A stretch of DNA of 63,973 nt, filler included, from a bacterium (GTDB lineage: Bacteria > JALSQH01): NCBI GenBank assembly GCA_026985515.1. It is 9 parts of 9 records of this genome, joined end to end, with 100 filler letters (N's around TTAATTAATTAA, not from the genome) between each part and the next. Parts side by side here need not be neighbours in the genome. Positions count along the whole stretch, not along the records: positions 14,522 to 28,645 come from JALSQH010000099.1; positions 28,746 to 42,848 come from JALSQH010000100.1; 7 more parts are not named here. One strand, 5' to 3'. The notes under the pieces are model-generated. The model was not told the origin of the DNA, made no database searches, and worked only from the letters and a program-made list of their open reading frames with translations. The position numbers were made by a program, and so were the translations under genes. Positions 19,277-31,514 of the stretch are shown one piece after another. Each line of letters opens with the position of its first letter. Position 1 is the first letter of the stretch.

Positions 19277-20206
19277 ATGAGGATTCTTGTTGTTGATGAT
19301 GACAGAAATATCCTCAAAGAGATTGAGGATTGGGCGAAAACTGAAGGAATTGATTGTGTAGCAGTACCTTCAGGTGTGGATGCCATCAGAATTATGGAAA
19401 CAGACCCGAACTTTGATCTTGCCGTTGTTGATCTGATAATGCCCGGATTGCACGGGATAGACACCCTTCAGGGATTAAAAAAAATAAAACTTGATCTTCC
19501 AGTTATTCTCATGGCAAATCCGAGGGAAATGAAGCTGGCTGAAAGGGGGATAAAGGCGGGAGCAGCAGCGATTCTTCCCAAGCCGGTCAGCTTCGAAAAG
19601 TTGTCTGAGCTTGTAAGATCCCTGACAGGGAAGCAGAAAAAGGAAATTGAAGGATGTCTTTTTAATGAAGATACCGTTACCTCCTTTGTAGAACTGCTCC
19701 AGATTCTGATTGACACCCCCCCTGGAGAGGAAATTTTTGAAGTCCTTGCAAGAGAGGTAAGGGAAAAATTTAATCTCACCGGGTTAACTCTCTGGGTACT
19801 TTCTAGGGAGAGCAGGAAGTTAAAGCTTATTTTCCCCTCAGGCGAGGAGGAACTTGATCTTTCCCTGAAGGAAGAGTATCCAGATTTTGTGGAGGGTGAG
19901 GAGATAGATAAATACCTGCCCGGAAGGGGGAGCGAGGATAGATTGCTTTTTTTTATAAAAAAGAGAGGAAGGGTTTTTGCTCTGATGCTTGTTGAAAAGG
20001 GGGATGGTTTTCATTCTCTCGAAGGAGAGTTTGTGGCGAATCTATTTGGTATTGCCGTTAACCTTTACTGGCTTAACGAGAGTCTTACACGAAGCATTGA
20101 TCTTCAGGCAAAGGCAGAGGCTGAGGCCGATGAATTGAGGACGAAACTTGCCAGAGCAGTTACTCTGATGGAAAAGCTTAAAAGCAGGATGAAAAAGCAG
20201 GATTGA
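19277..20206 (+). CDS. Response regulator (receiver + GAF-like region + coiled coil)
   Basis: ILVVDDD, VVDLIMPGLHG, LPKP; no DNA-binding output recognised. Confidence 0.8.
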   Translation: MRILVVDDDRNILKEIEDWAKTEGIDCVAVPSGVDAIRIMETDPNFDLAVVDLIMPGLHGIDTLQGLKKIKLDLPVILMANPREMKLAERGIKAGAAAILPKPVSFEKLSELVRSLTGKQKKEIEGCLFNEDTVTSFVELLQILIDTPPGEEIFEVLAREVREKFNLTGLTLWVLSRESRKLKLIFPSGEEELDLSLKEEYPDFVEGEEIDKYLPGRGSEDRLLFFIKKRGRVFALMLVEKGDGFHSLEGEFVANLFGIAVNLYWLNESLTRSIDLQAKAEAEADELRTKLARAVTLMEKLKSRMKKQD

Positions 20207-20209
20207 AAG

Positions 20210-21088
20210 ATGAGAAGGTACATTGAAAAGGCAAATACACTGCTAGAGGCCTTACCTTATATTAAGAAATTCTACGGTAAAACAATCGTGGTCAAATATG
20301 GCGGCAACGCAATGGTTGATGCCGGATTAAAGAGAAGCTTTGCAGATGATATAACACTGCTCAAGTACATAGGTATTAATCCTGTTATAGTGCATGGTGG
20401 AGGTCCCCAGATTGGAAAGGTGATGGAAAAGATGGGTCTTGAAAGCAGATTCTACAGAGGAATGAGAATCACCGATGATGAAACGATGGATGTCGTTGAG
20501 ATGGTCCTTGTGGGAAAGGTGAATAAAGAAATTGTGAATTTGATAAATAGAGCGGGGGGAAAGGCCATAGGCTTGAGCGGGAAAGATGGTAACATGATCC
20601 TTGCCAGGAAGATAACCTTTGTGGAGGAAAAGGAAGGCCTGCCACCAGAAATCATTGATATTGGTAAAGTGGGAGAGGTGGAGGAGTTTAATCCAGAAAT
20701 TCTTGAGGTGCTAGATCAATCTGGCTTTATCCCAATTATTGCACCCGTTGGTGTGGATAGAGAAGGGGTAACATACAATTTAAACGCAGACATTGTTGCT
20801 GCAGAAGTTGCAATGGGTTTGAAAGCTGAAAAACTAATTTTCCTGACAGATACTGAGGGGGTTAAGGGTAAAGATGGTCAACTTATGAAGAGTCTTAAAC
20901 CTGAAGAAATAGAGCAGATGGTTAAAAATGGGGAGATAACGGGCGGAATGATTCCGAAAGTTGAGTGGGGGGTCAGGGCTGTTCAGAGTGGTGTGGAGAA
21001 GGTTCATATAATTGATGGCAGGATTCCGCATTCCCTTATACTGGAACTGTTCACAGATGCAGGAATAGGTACGGAGATAGTGAGATGA
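20210..21088 (+). CDS. argB: Acetylglutamate kinase
   Basis: [38 protein letters not shown]. Confidence 0.96.
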   Translation: MRRYIEKANTLLEALPYIKKFYGKTIVVKYGGNAMVDAGLKRSFADDITLLKYIGINPVIVHGGGPQIGKVMEKMGLESRFYRGMRITDDETMDVVEMVLVGKVNKEIVNLINRAGGKAIGLSGKDGNMILARKITFVEEKEGLPPEIIDIGKVGEVEEFNPEILEVLDQSGFIPIIAPVGVDREGVTYNLNADIVAAEVAMGLKAEKLIFLTDTEGVKGKDGQLMKSLKPEEIEQMVKNGEITGGMIPKVEWGVRAVQSGVEKVHIIDGRIPHSLILELFTDAGIGTEIVR

Positions 21089-22251
21089 GTTTTCTTCTTC
21101 CAACATACAGCAGGTATGGTGTAAAATTTGTATCGGGTAAGGGCCCTTACCTCTATGATGAGAATGGGAAGGAGTATCTTGATTTCCTTTCAGGAATAGG
21201 GGTCAATATTTTTGGATATGCCTATTCTCCTCTGGTAGAAAAACTAAAAACCCTTGCTGAGAAACCCTGGCATCTGTCCAACTATTTTCAGATAGATTCA
21301 CAGGAAGAGCTTGCAGGAGAAATTGTGAGGTCTCTTTTTCCTGCAAAGGTTTTCTTTTCCAACAGCGGGGCTGAGGCCAATGAAGCTGCTATAAAATTTG
21401 CCAGACTGTATGGTAAAAAGAGGAAGAATGGTGCATATAAAATCCTTGTTGCGGAGAATTCCTTTCATGGAAGAACACTCGCCACCGTTTCAGCAACAGG
21501 TCAGGAAAAGGTCCAGAAAGGTTTTGATCCGCTCTGCCCCGGTTTTGAATTTTTCAAATTCAACGATCTTGCCTCACTTCTTGACAGGGTAAGTGAGGAA
21601 GTTGTGGCAGTTATGGTTGAGCCGATTCAGGGAGAAGGTGGAGTTATACCGGCGGAGGTTGATTTTCTCTACAACCTGAGGCAGGAGACGAGGAAGAGGG
21701 GGATACTTCTCATTCTGGACGAAGTTCAGACGGGTGTTGGGAGAACCGGTGACCTTTACGCTTTTCAGGGATACGGGGTTCAGCCTGATATTTTTACATC
21801 AGCAAAGGCACTTGCTGGAGGATTGCCAATAGGTGCCACCATTGTGCATGAAGAAATTTCTGATGTTGTTACACCAGGTGTTCATGGTTCCACATTTGGT
21901 GGTAATCCCCTTGTTACAGGTGTGGCCCTTGAAGTTATCAGAAGAGTAAAGGACCCGGAGTTTCTTGCGGGGGTTCGTGAAAAAGGGGAGTATCTAAGGG
22001 ATAAGTTGCTTCAACTTAAAATGAAATTTTCCTTTGTGGAGGAGGTGAGGGGGAGAGGACTTATGTGGGGAATTCTTCTGAAAATCAAATGCGGTGAAAT
22101 TGTGCAGAGAGCCCTTGAGAGGGGGTTGATAGTTAACTGTACTGCTGAGAGGGTGGTGAGGCTGCTTCCGCCGCTGATTGTGGAAAAGGGGGAAATAGAC
22201 AGGGCGGTGTCGATTATTGAGGAACTATTTCGGGAAATTGAGGAGGATTAG
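21085..22251 (+). CDS. argD: Acetylornithine aminotransferase
   Basis: [48 protein letters not shown]. Confidence 0.93.
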   Translation: MSFLLPTYSRYGVKFVSGKGPYLYDENGKEYLDFLSGIGVNIFGYAYSPLVEKLKTLAEKPWHLSNYFQIDSQEELAGEIVRSLFPAKVFFSNSGAEANEAAIKFARLYGKKRKNGAYKILVAENSFHGRTLATVSATGQEKVQKGFDPLCPGFEFFKFNDLASLLDRVSEEVVAVMVEPIQGEGGVIPAEVDFLYNLRQETRKRGILLILDEVQTGVGRTGDLYAFQGYGVQPDIFTSAKALAGGLPIGATIVHEEISDVVTPGVHGSTFGGNPLVTGVALEVIRRVKDPEFLAGVREKGEYLRDKLLQLKMKFSFVEEVRGRGLMWGILLKIKCGEIVQRALERGLIVNCTAERVVRLLPPLIVEKGEIDRAVSIIEELFREIEED

Positions 22252-22252
22252 G

Positions 22253-23155
22253 ATGAAAAAGGATTTCCTGACACTTTTCAGTCTGGAGAGGGAAGAACTT
22301 GAATGGATACTTCAGAGAGCTTCGCAGTTGAAGAGAGCGAGGCAGGAGGGAAGAATTATAAAGACCCTTGAGGGTAGAACCCTTGTAATGATTTTTGAGA
22401 AGCCTTCAACCAGGACGAGGCTATCCTTTGAAATAGGGATGTACCAGCTGGGTGGTACTGCGGTTTTTATGGGAAAACAGGAGAGCCAGCTTGGCAGGGG
22501 GGAAAGTATTGAGGATACGGCAAGGGTTATATCGAGGTATGCAGATGCCATCATGATAAGGACATTTGGGCAGGAAACAGTTGAAAGACTGGCTCAGTAT
22601 GCCACCATCCCGGTAGTAAATGGATTGACAGATAAGTATCATCCTGTTCAAATTTTGTCAGATGTCTTTACAATTATTGAAAAATTGGGTAAAATTAGTG
22701 GGGTAAGAGTGGCGTATCTTGGTGACGGAAACAATGTGGCCCATTCGCTTATAAATGGAGCCGCTGTTTTTGGATATGAATTGAATGTTGCGACACCTGA
22801 AGGTTTTGGACCTGAGAGAGAAATTGTTGAAAATGCAAGGGAAAGGGGGGGAAAGATAGAGATACTTCATGATCCCTTCACCGCTGTTGAGGGGGCAGAG
22901 GTGGTTTATACAGATGTGTGGGTGTCAATGGGACAGGATAAGTCTGATCTCACCCCCTTTCAGAAATTTCAGGTAAATGGTGAACTTCTGAGAAGAGCCC
23001 ACGAAAATGTGATGGTTCTTCACTGTCTCCCCGCCCATAAGGGAGAGGAGATAGAAGAAAAGGTTTTTGAAGAGCATGCTGAGGAAATATTTACCCAGGC
23101 TGAGAACAGATTACATGTGCAGAAAGCATTGCTGGAGTATTTGATACTGCAATGA
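22253..23155 (+). CDS. argF: Ornithine carbamoyltransferase
   Basis: FEKPSTRTR, HPVQ, DGNNV, YTDVWVSMG, HCLP, QAENRLH; ATG 22253 after SD. Confidence 0.96.
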   Translation: MKKDFLTLFSLEREELEWILQRASQLKRARQEGRIIKTLEGRTLVMIFEKPSTRTRLSFEIGMYQLGGTAVFMGKQESQLGRGESIEDTARVISRYADAIMIRTFGQETVERLAQYATIPVVNGLTDKYHPVQILSDVFTIIEKLGKISGVRVAYLGDGNNVAHSLINGAAVFGYELNVATPEGFGPEREIVENARERGGKIEILHDPFTAVEGAEVVYTDVWVSMGQDKSDLTPFQKFQVNGELLRRAHENVMVLHCLPAHKGEEIEEKVFEEHAEEIFTQAENRLHVQKALLEYLILQ

Positions 23156-24351
23156 AACTGGATGAAAATAGTTTGAAGGCAAAACCCAGAATAGTTGCGT
23201 CAGGTTCCTTGGAGGGTCTGACCCTGACTCCGGAGGAAGGGTTTGTTTTGTCTCTGATTGACGGGAAGACCTCCATAGGGGAGATCCTGATGATATCAAC
23301 TCTTCCACAGGAAAGAACCCTCGAACTTTTAAAGAAACTCCTTGATTACGGAGTGATCACGCTGGATGATTCAGAGGGGCCAATATCGAAGTGGTGGAGT
23401 AAAAGTTCAGGAAAGTCCGATAGAAGGTTGGAAAATTCTGATGTTAAAAAAGAGGAAAGAAAGGTTAGTGAAGATTCCATCCCGGAAGAGGTGTTGAGAG
23501 ATATTGAAAGGATGTATCAGTTTGTTCAGACGAGAAATTATTATGACATACTCGGATTGCCAAGAAAAGCTTCAAAGGAGGCAATAAGGCAGGCTTACAG
23601 ATCCCTGTCAAGGAAGTATCATCCTGATCAGTACTACCAGAAGGTTTCTCCTGAAACACGGAAGAAACTTGATGTTATTTTTGCAACAATTTCAGAGGCT
23701 TATTCAACTCTCAGCAATCCTGAAATGAGAAGGGAGTATGATGAGGAGCTTGCAACAGGGGTAAAAAAGAGGAAAATAAAAATTGACATTGCTGAGAAAG
23801 AAGCGGATACACCGAAGGAGAAGGCGTACAGATTGATAACTCTGGGTGATGAGGCATATAAGAACAGGGAGTATTCATCAGCTCTGAATAATTATAAACT
23901 TGCCAGACAGCTGATTGGTTCACTCCCCTCTCTTGACGAGAGAATAAGGAAAGCCCAGATTGCATCCGACTTGAGAAGGATGGTGGAAAAGATTGAGAAA
24001 GATGAGATGCTGCTTGAGCTTGACACTGTTAAAGAGATGGTTTCTCTCGTAAAGGCTAACCTTACACATCTACCTCCGGACCCCGAGCTTCTTGTAAGGG
24101 CGGGGAAGATAATGATGAAGATGACCAGGGCTTACAGAGTAGCGGCAGAATTGTTTTCAATGGTGAAAAAATATGGAATGTTAAAAAATGATGTGGTTTT
24201 TCTTCTTGCTGAGGCCAAAAAGGAGTCTGGTGATGTGGAGGGTGCGATCAGGGAACTTGAAGAGATCCTCAAGAGAGACAGGAAAAACACAGAGATAAGA
24301 GAAAAAATAAGAGAACTGAAACTTCTTTTAAAACAGGGCAGTGTGAGGTAG
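23152..24351 (+). CDS. J-domain (DnaJ) protein with N-terminal winged-helix-like module and TPRs
   Basis: LTPEEGFVLSLIDGKTSIGEI; NYYDILGL...YRSLSRKYHPD...ISEAYSTLSNPEMRREYD; C-terminal TPR-like helices. Confidence 0.88.
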   Translation: MKLDENSLKAKPRIVASGSLEGLTLTPEEGFVLSLIDGKTSIGEILMISTLPQERTLELLKKLLDYGVITLDDSEGPISKWWSKSSGKSDRRLENSDVKKEERKVSEDSIPEEVLRDIERMYQFVQTRNYYDILGLPRKASKEAIRQAYRSLSRKYHPDQYYQKVSPETRKKLDVIFATISEAYSTLSNPEMRREYDEELATGVKKRKIKIDIAEKEADTPKEKAYRLITLGDEAYKNREYSSALNNYKLARQLIGSLPSLDERIRKAQIASDLRRMVEKIEKDEMLLELDTVKEMVSLVKANLTHLPPDPELLVRAGKIMMKMTRAYRVAAELFSMVKKYGMLKNDVVFLLAEAKKESGDVEGAIRELEEILKRDRKNTEIREKIRELKLLLKQGSVR

Positions 24352-24352
24352 T

Positions 24353-25933
24353 ATGAGCAGAGCAATTGGTATAGATCTTGGAACGACCAACAGCTGTGTT
24401 GCTGTTGTGGAAAGGGGTAAACCCGTTGTTATTCCCAACAGCAGCGGATATAGAGTCACTCCATCAATATATGCTGTTACAAAGGATGGTAAAAAACTTG
24501 TTGGACACCTTGCCAAAAGACAGGCTGTGATGAATCCGGAAAATACAGTTTATGCTTTTAAAAGATTGATTGGCAGGAGATTTGATTCTCCTCAGGTGCA
24601 GGAATCAATAAAAAGGTATCCATATAAAATAGTGAGGGGACCCAATGATGATGTGAGAATAAAACTGATTGACAGAGAATACACGGTACCTGAAATTGCT
24701 GCAATGATTCTGACTGAATTGAAGTTTATGGCATCAGAATTTCTTGGTGAGGAAGTTGAAAAGGCAGTGATAACAGTTCCTGCCCATTTCAATGATAGTC
24801 AGAGACAGGCTACTAAAGATGCAGGAAGAATAGCGGGCCTTGATGTGATAAGAATAATAAATGAGCCCACCGCAGCTGCCCTTGCCTATGGATATGGCAG
24901 GAAGAAAGAGTCTGGTTTAATAGCGGTTTATGATCTTGGTGGAGGAACTTTTGATATATCCATTCTTGATTTAAGTGAAGACGTTTATGAAGTTATTGCC
25001 ACTGCAGGTGATACCTTTTTGGGAGGAGAGGATTTTGATAAGAGAATAGTGGAGTATCTGATTGCAGAGGGGAAAAAGCAGCTTGGTATAGACCTGTCAA
25101 AGGACAAACTTGCCATGCAGCGCTTGAAGGATGCTGCTGAAAAGGCCAAGATGGAGCTTTCCACATTAATGGAGACCAAGATAACTCTCCCCTTTATTGC
25201 CACAGGTCCCTCGGGTCCTCTGCATCTTGAAGTTATTCTTACAAGGGATCAGCTTGAACAGATGGTACTTGATCTTGTGGAGCAGACACTTGAAATAGTG
25301 GAAGAGACATTCAGGGAAAGCGGTGTTAAAAAAAGCGACATAAAGGATGTTATCCTTGTTGGTGGTCAGACGAGGATGCCCCTTATTCAGAAAAAGGTTG
25401 CAGAATTATTCGGGAAGCAGCTGAGAAAAGGGGTACATCCAGATGAAGTGGTGGCTGTTGGTGCCGCTATTCAGGCAGATATGCTGATGAGAGAGGATAA
25501 GGATCTCCTGCTCATAGATGTTACTCCACTTTCTCTGGGTATCATGACATATGGAGGATATTTTACCAGATTGATTCCCAAAAATACCCCTGTTCCCACC
25601 AAAAAGAGTCATATCTTCACGACGGTCAAAGATAATCAGAGATCGGTTAAAATAAGTGTTTACCAGGGAGAGAGTGATATTGCGGAGGAAAATGAATTAC
25701 TCGGTGAATTTGTTCTGACAGATATTCCCCCTGCTCCCAGAGGAGTTCCGGAAATTGAAGTAACCTTTTCAATCAATTCAGATGGAATAGTGAGTGTTTC
25801 AGCCAGAGATCTTGCAACTGGAAAGGAGCAATCGATTCAGGTTACCACCAGAAACAGGCTCTCAGAGGAAGAAATTAAGAGAATGAGAGAGTTGAACGAA
25901 GAGTATCAGGTTACTCTCAAAGGAGATAAGTAG
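24353..25933 (+). CDS. dnaK: Hsp70/DnaK paralog, C-terminally short (526 aa, no helical lid)
   Basis: [52 protein letters not shown]; ends soon after the beta substrate-binding domain. Confidence 0.88.
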   Translation: MSRAIGIDLGTTNSCVAVVERGKPVVIPNSSGYRVTPSIYAVTKDGKKLVGHLAKRQAVMNPENTVYAFKRLIGRRFDSPQVQESIKRYPYKIVRGPNDDVRIKLIDREYTVPEIAAMILTELKFMASEFLGEEVEKAVITVPAHFNDSQRQATKDAGRIAGLDVIRIINEPTAAALAYGYGRKKESGLIAVYDLGGGTFDISILDLSEDVYEVIATAGDTFLGGEDFDKRIVEYLIAEGKKQLGIDLSKDKLAMQRLKDAAEKAKMELSTLMETKITLPFIATGPSGPLHLEVILTRDQLEQMVLDLVEQTLEIVEETFRESGVKKSDIKDVILVGGQTRMPLIQKKVAELFGKQLRKGVHPDEVVAVGAAIQADMLMREDKDLLLIDVTPLSLGIMTYGGYFTRLIPKNTPVPTKKSHIFTTVKDNQRSVKISVYQGESDIAEENELLGEFVLTDIPPAPRGVPEIEVTFSINSDGIVSVSARDLATGKEQSIQVTTRNRLSEEEIKRMRELNEEYQVTLKGDK

Positions 25934-25960
25934 TTTTAAAATCCTAATAAGGAGGTCAGA

Positions 25961-27175
25961 GTGAGCGAAGTAAAGAAGGTTGTTCTTGCGTATTCTGGGG
26001 GGCTGGATACTTCAGTTATTCTTGCATGGCTGAAGGAAACTTACAACTGCGAAGTTATAGCTTTTGCTGCTGATCTGGGGCAGAATGAGGATATGGAGGA
26101 GATCAGGGAGAAAGCACTTAGGACCGGAGCAGATAAGGTTTATATTGAGGACCTCAAGGAAGAATTTGTGAGAGATTATGTTTTCCCGATGATGAGGGCA
26201 AGTGCCATTTATGAAAACTATTATCTTCTTGGAACATCCATTGCAAGACCTCTTATTGCGAAAAAACAGATTGAAATTGCGAGGAAGGAGGGAGCTGATG
26301 CGGTGAGTCACGGTGCAACTGGAAAGGGGAATGATCAGGTACGATTTGAGCTTACATACTACACCTTTGAACCATCCATAAAGGTGATAACTCCATGGAG
26401 AATATGGGATTTAAAGAGCAGATCTGATCTCATTGACTGGGCAAGGAAAAGGGGCATACCGGTACCTGTTACTAAAGATAAACCATACTCCATGGATAGA
26501 AATCTGCTCCACATAAGTTACGAGGGTGGAATTCTTGAGGATCCATGGGCAGAGCCTCCGGAGGATATTTTCCAGCTCACAGTCTCGCCTATGGATGCAC
26601 CCGACGAACCTGAATATGTGGAAATAGAGTTTGAAAAGGGAAACCCTGTCAAGGTAAATGGGGAGAGACTTTCTCCTGCCGCGTTGCTTGATAAGCTCAA
26701 CAAAATAGCAGGTAAACATGGTATAGGAAGGGTGGACATTGTTGAGAACAGATATGTTGGAATGAAGTCGAGGGGAGTTTACGAGACTCCTGGGGGTACC
26801 CTTATCTACCATGCACACAGAGCTCTTGAATCCATAACTCTTGACAGAGAGGTAATGCACTTGAGGGATTCTCTCATCCCCAGGTATTCAGAACTGGTCT
26901 ACTATGGTTACTGGTTCTCTCCAGAGAGGGAATCGCTACAGAAGTTCATTGACCATACACAGGAAAATGTGACTGGTACGGTTAGACTCAAGCTTTACAA
27001 GGGAAATGTTATTATTGCAGGGAGAAAATCTCCATACTCCCTTTACAGTCCCGAGTTTGCCACTTTTGAGAGAGAAGAGGTTTACAATCAGGCTGATGCA
27101 GAGGGATTTATCAAAATTAATTCTCTGAGATTGAGAATAAGGTCACTTCTTGGCCGGAGGGAAGGTGAGGAGTAG
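25961..27175 (+). CDS. argG: Argininosuccinate synthase
   Basis: [33 protein letters not shown]. Confidence 0.97.
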   Translation: MSEVKKVVLAYSGGLDTSVILAWLKETYNCEVIAFAADLGQNEDMEEIREKALRTGADKVYIEDLKEEFVRDYVFPMMRASAIYENYYLLGTSIARPLIAKKQIEIARKEGADAVSHGATGKGNDQVRFELTYYTFEPSIKVITPWRIWDLKSRSDLIDWARKRGIPVPVTKDKPYSMDRNLLHISYEGGILEDPWAEPPEDIFQLTVSPMDAPDEPEYVEIEFEKGNPVKVNGERLSPAALLDKLNKIAGKHGIGRVDIVENRYVGMKSRGVYETPGGTLIYHAHRALESITLDREVMHLRDSLIPRYSELVYYGYWFSPERESLQKFIDHTQENVTGTVRLKLYKGNVIIAGRKSPYSLYSPEFATFEREEVYNQADAEGFIKINSLRLRIRSLLGRREGEE

Positions 27176-28645
27176 TTTACTCCTTTTGCTTTTTCTTCCC
27201 TCCCTCCTGATAGGGGGTGAGGGTTATTTTTCTCCCATTTACAGATGGAGTGGTGGTGTTCTCTGGGGCGAAATAGATAAGTTAAAAATGCCCTCTTTTT
27301 ATAATTTCACGGGTTTGAGTTTCTCCTCTGAGAAGAATTTTCCTTTTGTTGGTTACTCTGCCTCTTTTGGTAAAATAAAGTATAGTTTCTGGGCTGGTGA
27401 AAGTTACTCCTCCCGGAGCACCAGAGTAACTGCGGCTGCAACGGTGCCACAGGATGGTGGATTTCTTTCAGGAGAGAGAGTTGAAAAGGGAAAGGAGGGT
27501 ACAGGAAGGGGAGAAGTGGGGGCGAAATTGGGATTGGTCCAGGGGAATGTTTCCCCGGAAGTAATGATTGATTATTCCTATTTTTCCAGAAGTTACCTGC
27601 CTTCTTTTGAATTACTTCCTCCCTGGGAGCTTGATCTACCTGATCCTGTTACTTCTGCTGTTCTTTTCAGGGAAGATGGAGAGGAGATGGGTATTGAAAA
27701 GACGCCTGTTGAATCTGGAAATCTCGTAGTTCATAACCTCACTGCTGGTCTGGGAATTTTCACAGAGGAGAGTCTGTGGATGGGAATTAAATTTAAGTGG
27801 AAGAGGTTGAAACTCAGCGAAAAAGATCAGATAGCTGAAAGCGGAAGCAATTTTGAATACATTTCTGGGCCAGAGAGGTACTGGAGTTATGACGAATATG
27901 GAGTGGGTCTGGGGAGCATCTTTGAGGGGAAAAATTTCAGGATTCAGGGGGACTTCAGTTATCTGCCAGGATATGATCTCTCCAATTCATTTGATAGGTG
28001 GAGGTATTACTACAGGGAGGAAGTTCCATCAAGTTATGGCAGAGAGTATACAATTTATGATTTGACATTTGAGGATAACTTTTCTGGAAGGGTGGGGAGA
28101 GGATTTCTGGGGGAAGTTATTCTGCTGGTGAAATCCCCTGTACAGGGAAAATTCCTTTTCATTTCAGGAGCTTCCCTTTCCTATTCTCGTTTGAGGGGGA
28201 ATTACAGGGTCGAGGGTGGATTTACCGTGGATTCCCATATTCTCCATAGCACCGGGGAAACAGATGTAAATCCACAGGCAAACTATCTGGAGAAATTTTA
28301 CGGTGTGAGAAACTACGATGTTGAGGAGTTCCATGAAGATTTTTCATTCAAACTTCCAGTCATCTTTCAGGGTAGATTTTCAGATATCAACTTTAAAGTA
28401 GGTTACATCCTTTCGGGAGAGTATCGTCATTCTTATATTAAAAGGGAGTTAGCCAGTTTCACTCCATTGAAAATTGTCAGGATAAGTGGGGGAACAACCT
28501 ATTCGGAAAATAGCAATTTCCTCCCTCAAACAGAGGGAAAATCTGTTTCTTATATGTTTAACCATGAAGATCTGTTCCTGGGCATGATTGATTATGAGGT
28601 GGAGGGTTACTTTGTAAGATTCTGGCTCTCAACTGATAGTGAAAC
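27165..28645 (+). CDS. Hypothetical exported, probably outer-membrane beta-barrel protein; 3' truncated
   Basis: GTG start after GGAGG, signal peptide, aromatic/Gly-rich alternating beta strands. Confidence 0.6.
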
Positions 28646-28745
28646 NNNNNNNNNNNNNNNNNNNNNNNNNNNNNNNNNNNNNNNNNNNNTTAATTAATTA
28701 ANNNNNNNNNNNNNNNNNNNNNNNNNNNNNNNNNNNNNNNNNNNN
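28646..28745. other. Artificial contig linker
   Basis: N-TTAATTAATTAA-N. Confidence 0.98.
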
Positions 28746-30331
28746 GCAGGGGGTTCAAACTCTATCTCGGCTCTTCCAGGAGTTTTCTTTCACCGGGAAA
28801 TCATACATTCTCTGTGCATCTCAATGTAAGAAGGATGGTGCAGGAATATGATAATTTTGATGAAGTCTACTGGAACATATTTTCCACCATTCAGTTTCCC
28901 GTAGATAGAGCTGAGGCAGTTATTGTTGCACCACCCGGGGGATTTGAAAGGATAATGGCATACAGGGGATATTCAGGAAGAGAGGGCAGCAGAGAATGGA
29001 AAGGGGTGGCAAAGGTAACTCCTCAGGAGAGGAGTATTATCTTCACCCTTGAGGATGTTAAACCTGGTGAGGGATTCACAATTGCTGTTTCTTTCCAGAA
29101 GGGCTTTTTTGTAAAGGAGGATCTCTTATTCTGGCTAAGGGAGTTGCTCAGAACAAGGGGAGATCTTCTTGCAGGAACAGGATTGATCTTTATCTTTTAC
29201 TTCCTTCTCTGGTTGATGGCAGGTAAAGATCCACGGAAAGGAGTTATAATTCCTCTTTACTATCCTCCAGAGGGTATCTCCCCCGGAGCGGCGAGATACA
29301 TCATGAAGATGGGTTATGATACTAAGGTACTTGTTAGCAACATCGTTGATCTTGCCGTTAAGGGATATTTGAAGATAAATGAAGAAGATGGTGATGTTTA
29401 TCTTGAAAGAACGGGAAAAGCCCCGGATAAGGATCTGACCGGTGACGAGAAGTATCTGTTGAGACATCTTTTCTTTGGAAGGGAGGTCGTGGCACTCTCA
29501 AGAAGTGAGAACAGGTTTTTGCAGGAGGTGATAAGAAAGTTCAGGAAAAAGCTGGCCAGCAGTTATGAGGGGAAATTCTTTAAATCAAATATATGGCTTT
29601 TTGGCCTGGGTTTTCTGCTGAGTGCAGCGGTGTTGATAAAGAGTGCTCTGTCATATCCCATGGCTCCATTTGTAATTTTCATTCTTCTGTGGATCTCGAT
29701 GTGGAGTGTGGGAGTATATTCACTTTTCAGAAGCTTTGTGGTCACATTCAGAGCCATGCTTGAAACGCATGAAGCTAGATATATTTTCCTTTCAGTGGTT
29801 CAATTTCTATTTTTTCTTGTGTTCCTGGGTGGAGAGGCAGGGGGATTTTTCTTTCTAAAAATGGCTTCAGATACAGCTTTTCTAATTTTCACCATTTTTG
29901 TCCTTTTTATCAATGTTGTGTTTTACTACCTCCTTAAGGCCCCCACACGACTGGGAAGGAAACTGATGGACAGGATTGAGGGATTCAAACTCTATCTCAG
30001 GGTGGCGGAAAAGGAGAATCTTGATGCGCTCATAAAAAAGTATGGTGTGGAGGGACTTTTTGAGAGGTATCTTCCCTATGCAATAGCCCTTGATGTGGAA
30101 AAGAAGTGGGGTGAAAAATTTGAATCTCTTTTGATGGAGTATGGAAGGAGTGATTACTCTCCATCCTGGTACACGGGCACTGTATCTGGAATATCAGCTC
30201 TACCTGCAGCAGTTTACACATCGGTCAGCACCAGTGTTTCTTCGGCAACAGGAACTTCGAGAACTTCAGCGGCAGGGGGAGGTGGTGGAGTGGGAGGTGG
30301 TGGAGGTGGAGGGGGAGTGGGAGGCTGGTAG
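28746..30331 (+). CDS. DUF2207 family membrane protein, 5' truncated
   Basis: DEVYWN, GEGFTIAVSF, YYPPEGISP, DLAVKGYL, FERYLPYAIALDV, Gly-rich GGGGGW tail. Confidence 0.88.
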
Positions 30332-31483
30332 TTACTCCAGGCGTCCCCTTTTCAGCATCTCCTTGAGAATGATAATTCTCTGAATTTCACTTGTTCCTGC
30401 ACCAATTTCCATCAGTTTTGCATCTCTTGCCAGTCTCTCCACCGGAAAGTCCCTGGTGTATCCATAGCCCCCAAGAATCTGGACAGCGGAAAGGGCAGCT
30501 TTTGTTGCCGCTTCCGAGGAAAAGACCTTTGCCATGGCTGCATCCATGTTTGCCTTCTCCCCTCTCTTTGCCTTTTCGAGAGCGGCATAGATCAGATACC
30601 TTGACGCATGGTAAAGGGTAACCATATCTGCTATTTTTTCCTGTACCATCTGAAAATCAATAATTGGGCGGCCAAATTGTTTCCTCTCCTGTGCATACTG
30701 GAGGCTTATGTTTATTGATTCCTTTATTATTCCAAGGGCAATTCCAGCAAGGGTTGCTCTCTCAATATCAAGATTCCTCAGCATCATGTAAACGCCGTTA
30801 TTTTCATCCCCCATCAAGTTTTCTTCAGGAACCTCGCAATCCTCAAAATATATTTCAGATGTGGGGGAGGACCTCATTCCCATTTTTTTAAACTTCTTTC
30901 CCACCTTCAGACCTTTGAATTCTTTTTCAACTATGAAGATACTTATTCCATGCTTCCCCTTCTCGGGAGATGTTTTTGCATACACAACAAATATGTCTGC
31001 CACCGGTCCATTGGTTATGAATGTCTTTGTGCCATTTAAAATATATCTGTCCCCCTTCTTTACTGCAGTGGTTCTTATACTGGTTGCGTCAGAGCCTGCC
31101 TCCGGCTCTGTCAGTGCCATGGCTCCAATTTTCTTCCCGCTGGCAAGATCAGGGAGGTATTTTTTCTTCTGATCCTCACTGGCATGCAAGAGAATGTTAT
31201 TTGTGCAGAGGATTGTGTGATCACCGTATGAAAGGGCAAGGGCTGGATCAACGGTTGCTATCTCTTCCATCACAATGGTTGCACCAACAATATCTCCACC
31301 TGCGCCTCCATATTCCTCCGGAACAGTTATTCCCAGAAGTCCCATCTCAGCAAGGTAATTGAATCCTTCTCTGTTGAATTCCTCCTTTTCATCGTAGAGT
31401 GGAGCAAGGGGTTTCAACTTCTCCCTTGCCAGCTTTGAAACTTCCTCTTTCAGCAGACGGTACTCTTCATTCAGTTCAAACAT
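30332..31483 (-). CDS. Acyl-CoA dehydrogenase (isovaleryl-CoA dehydrogenase-like)
   Basis: [52 protein letters not shown]. Confidence 0.93.
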   Translation of the reverse strand: MFELNEEYRLLKEEVSKLAREKLKPLAPLYDEKEEFNREGFNYLAEMGLLGITVPEEYGGAGGDIVGATIVMEEIATVDPALALSYGDHTILCTNNILLHASEDQKKKYLPDLASGKKIGAMALTEPEAGSDATSIRTTAVKKGDRYILNGTKTFITNGPVADIFVVYAKTSPEKGKHGISIFIVEKEFKGLKVGKKFKKMGMRSSPTSEIYFEDCEVPEENLMGDENNGVYMMLRNLDIERATLAGIALGIIKESINISLQYAQERKQFGRPIIDFQMVQEKIADMVTLYHASRYLIYAALEKAKRGEKANMDAAMAKVFSSEAATKAALSAVQILGGYGYTRDFPVERLARDAKLMEIGAGTSEIQRIIILKEMLKRGRLE

Positions 31484-31514
31484 TTTAACCTCCCTGGTTA
31501 AACTTTTTAAAATA

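Noticed and set aside
30274-30328. G-rich low-complexity tract
   Set aside because: Encodes the normal Gly-rich tail of DUF2207 proteins.
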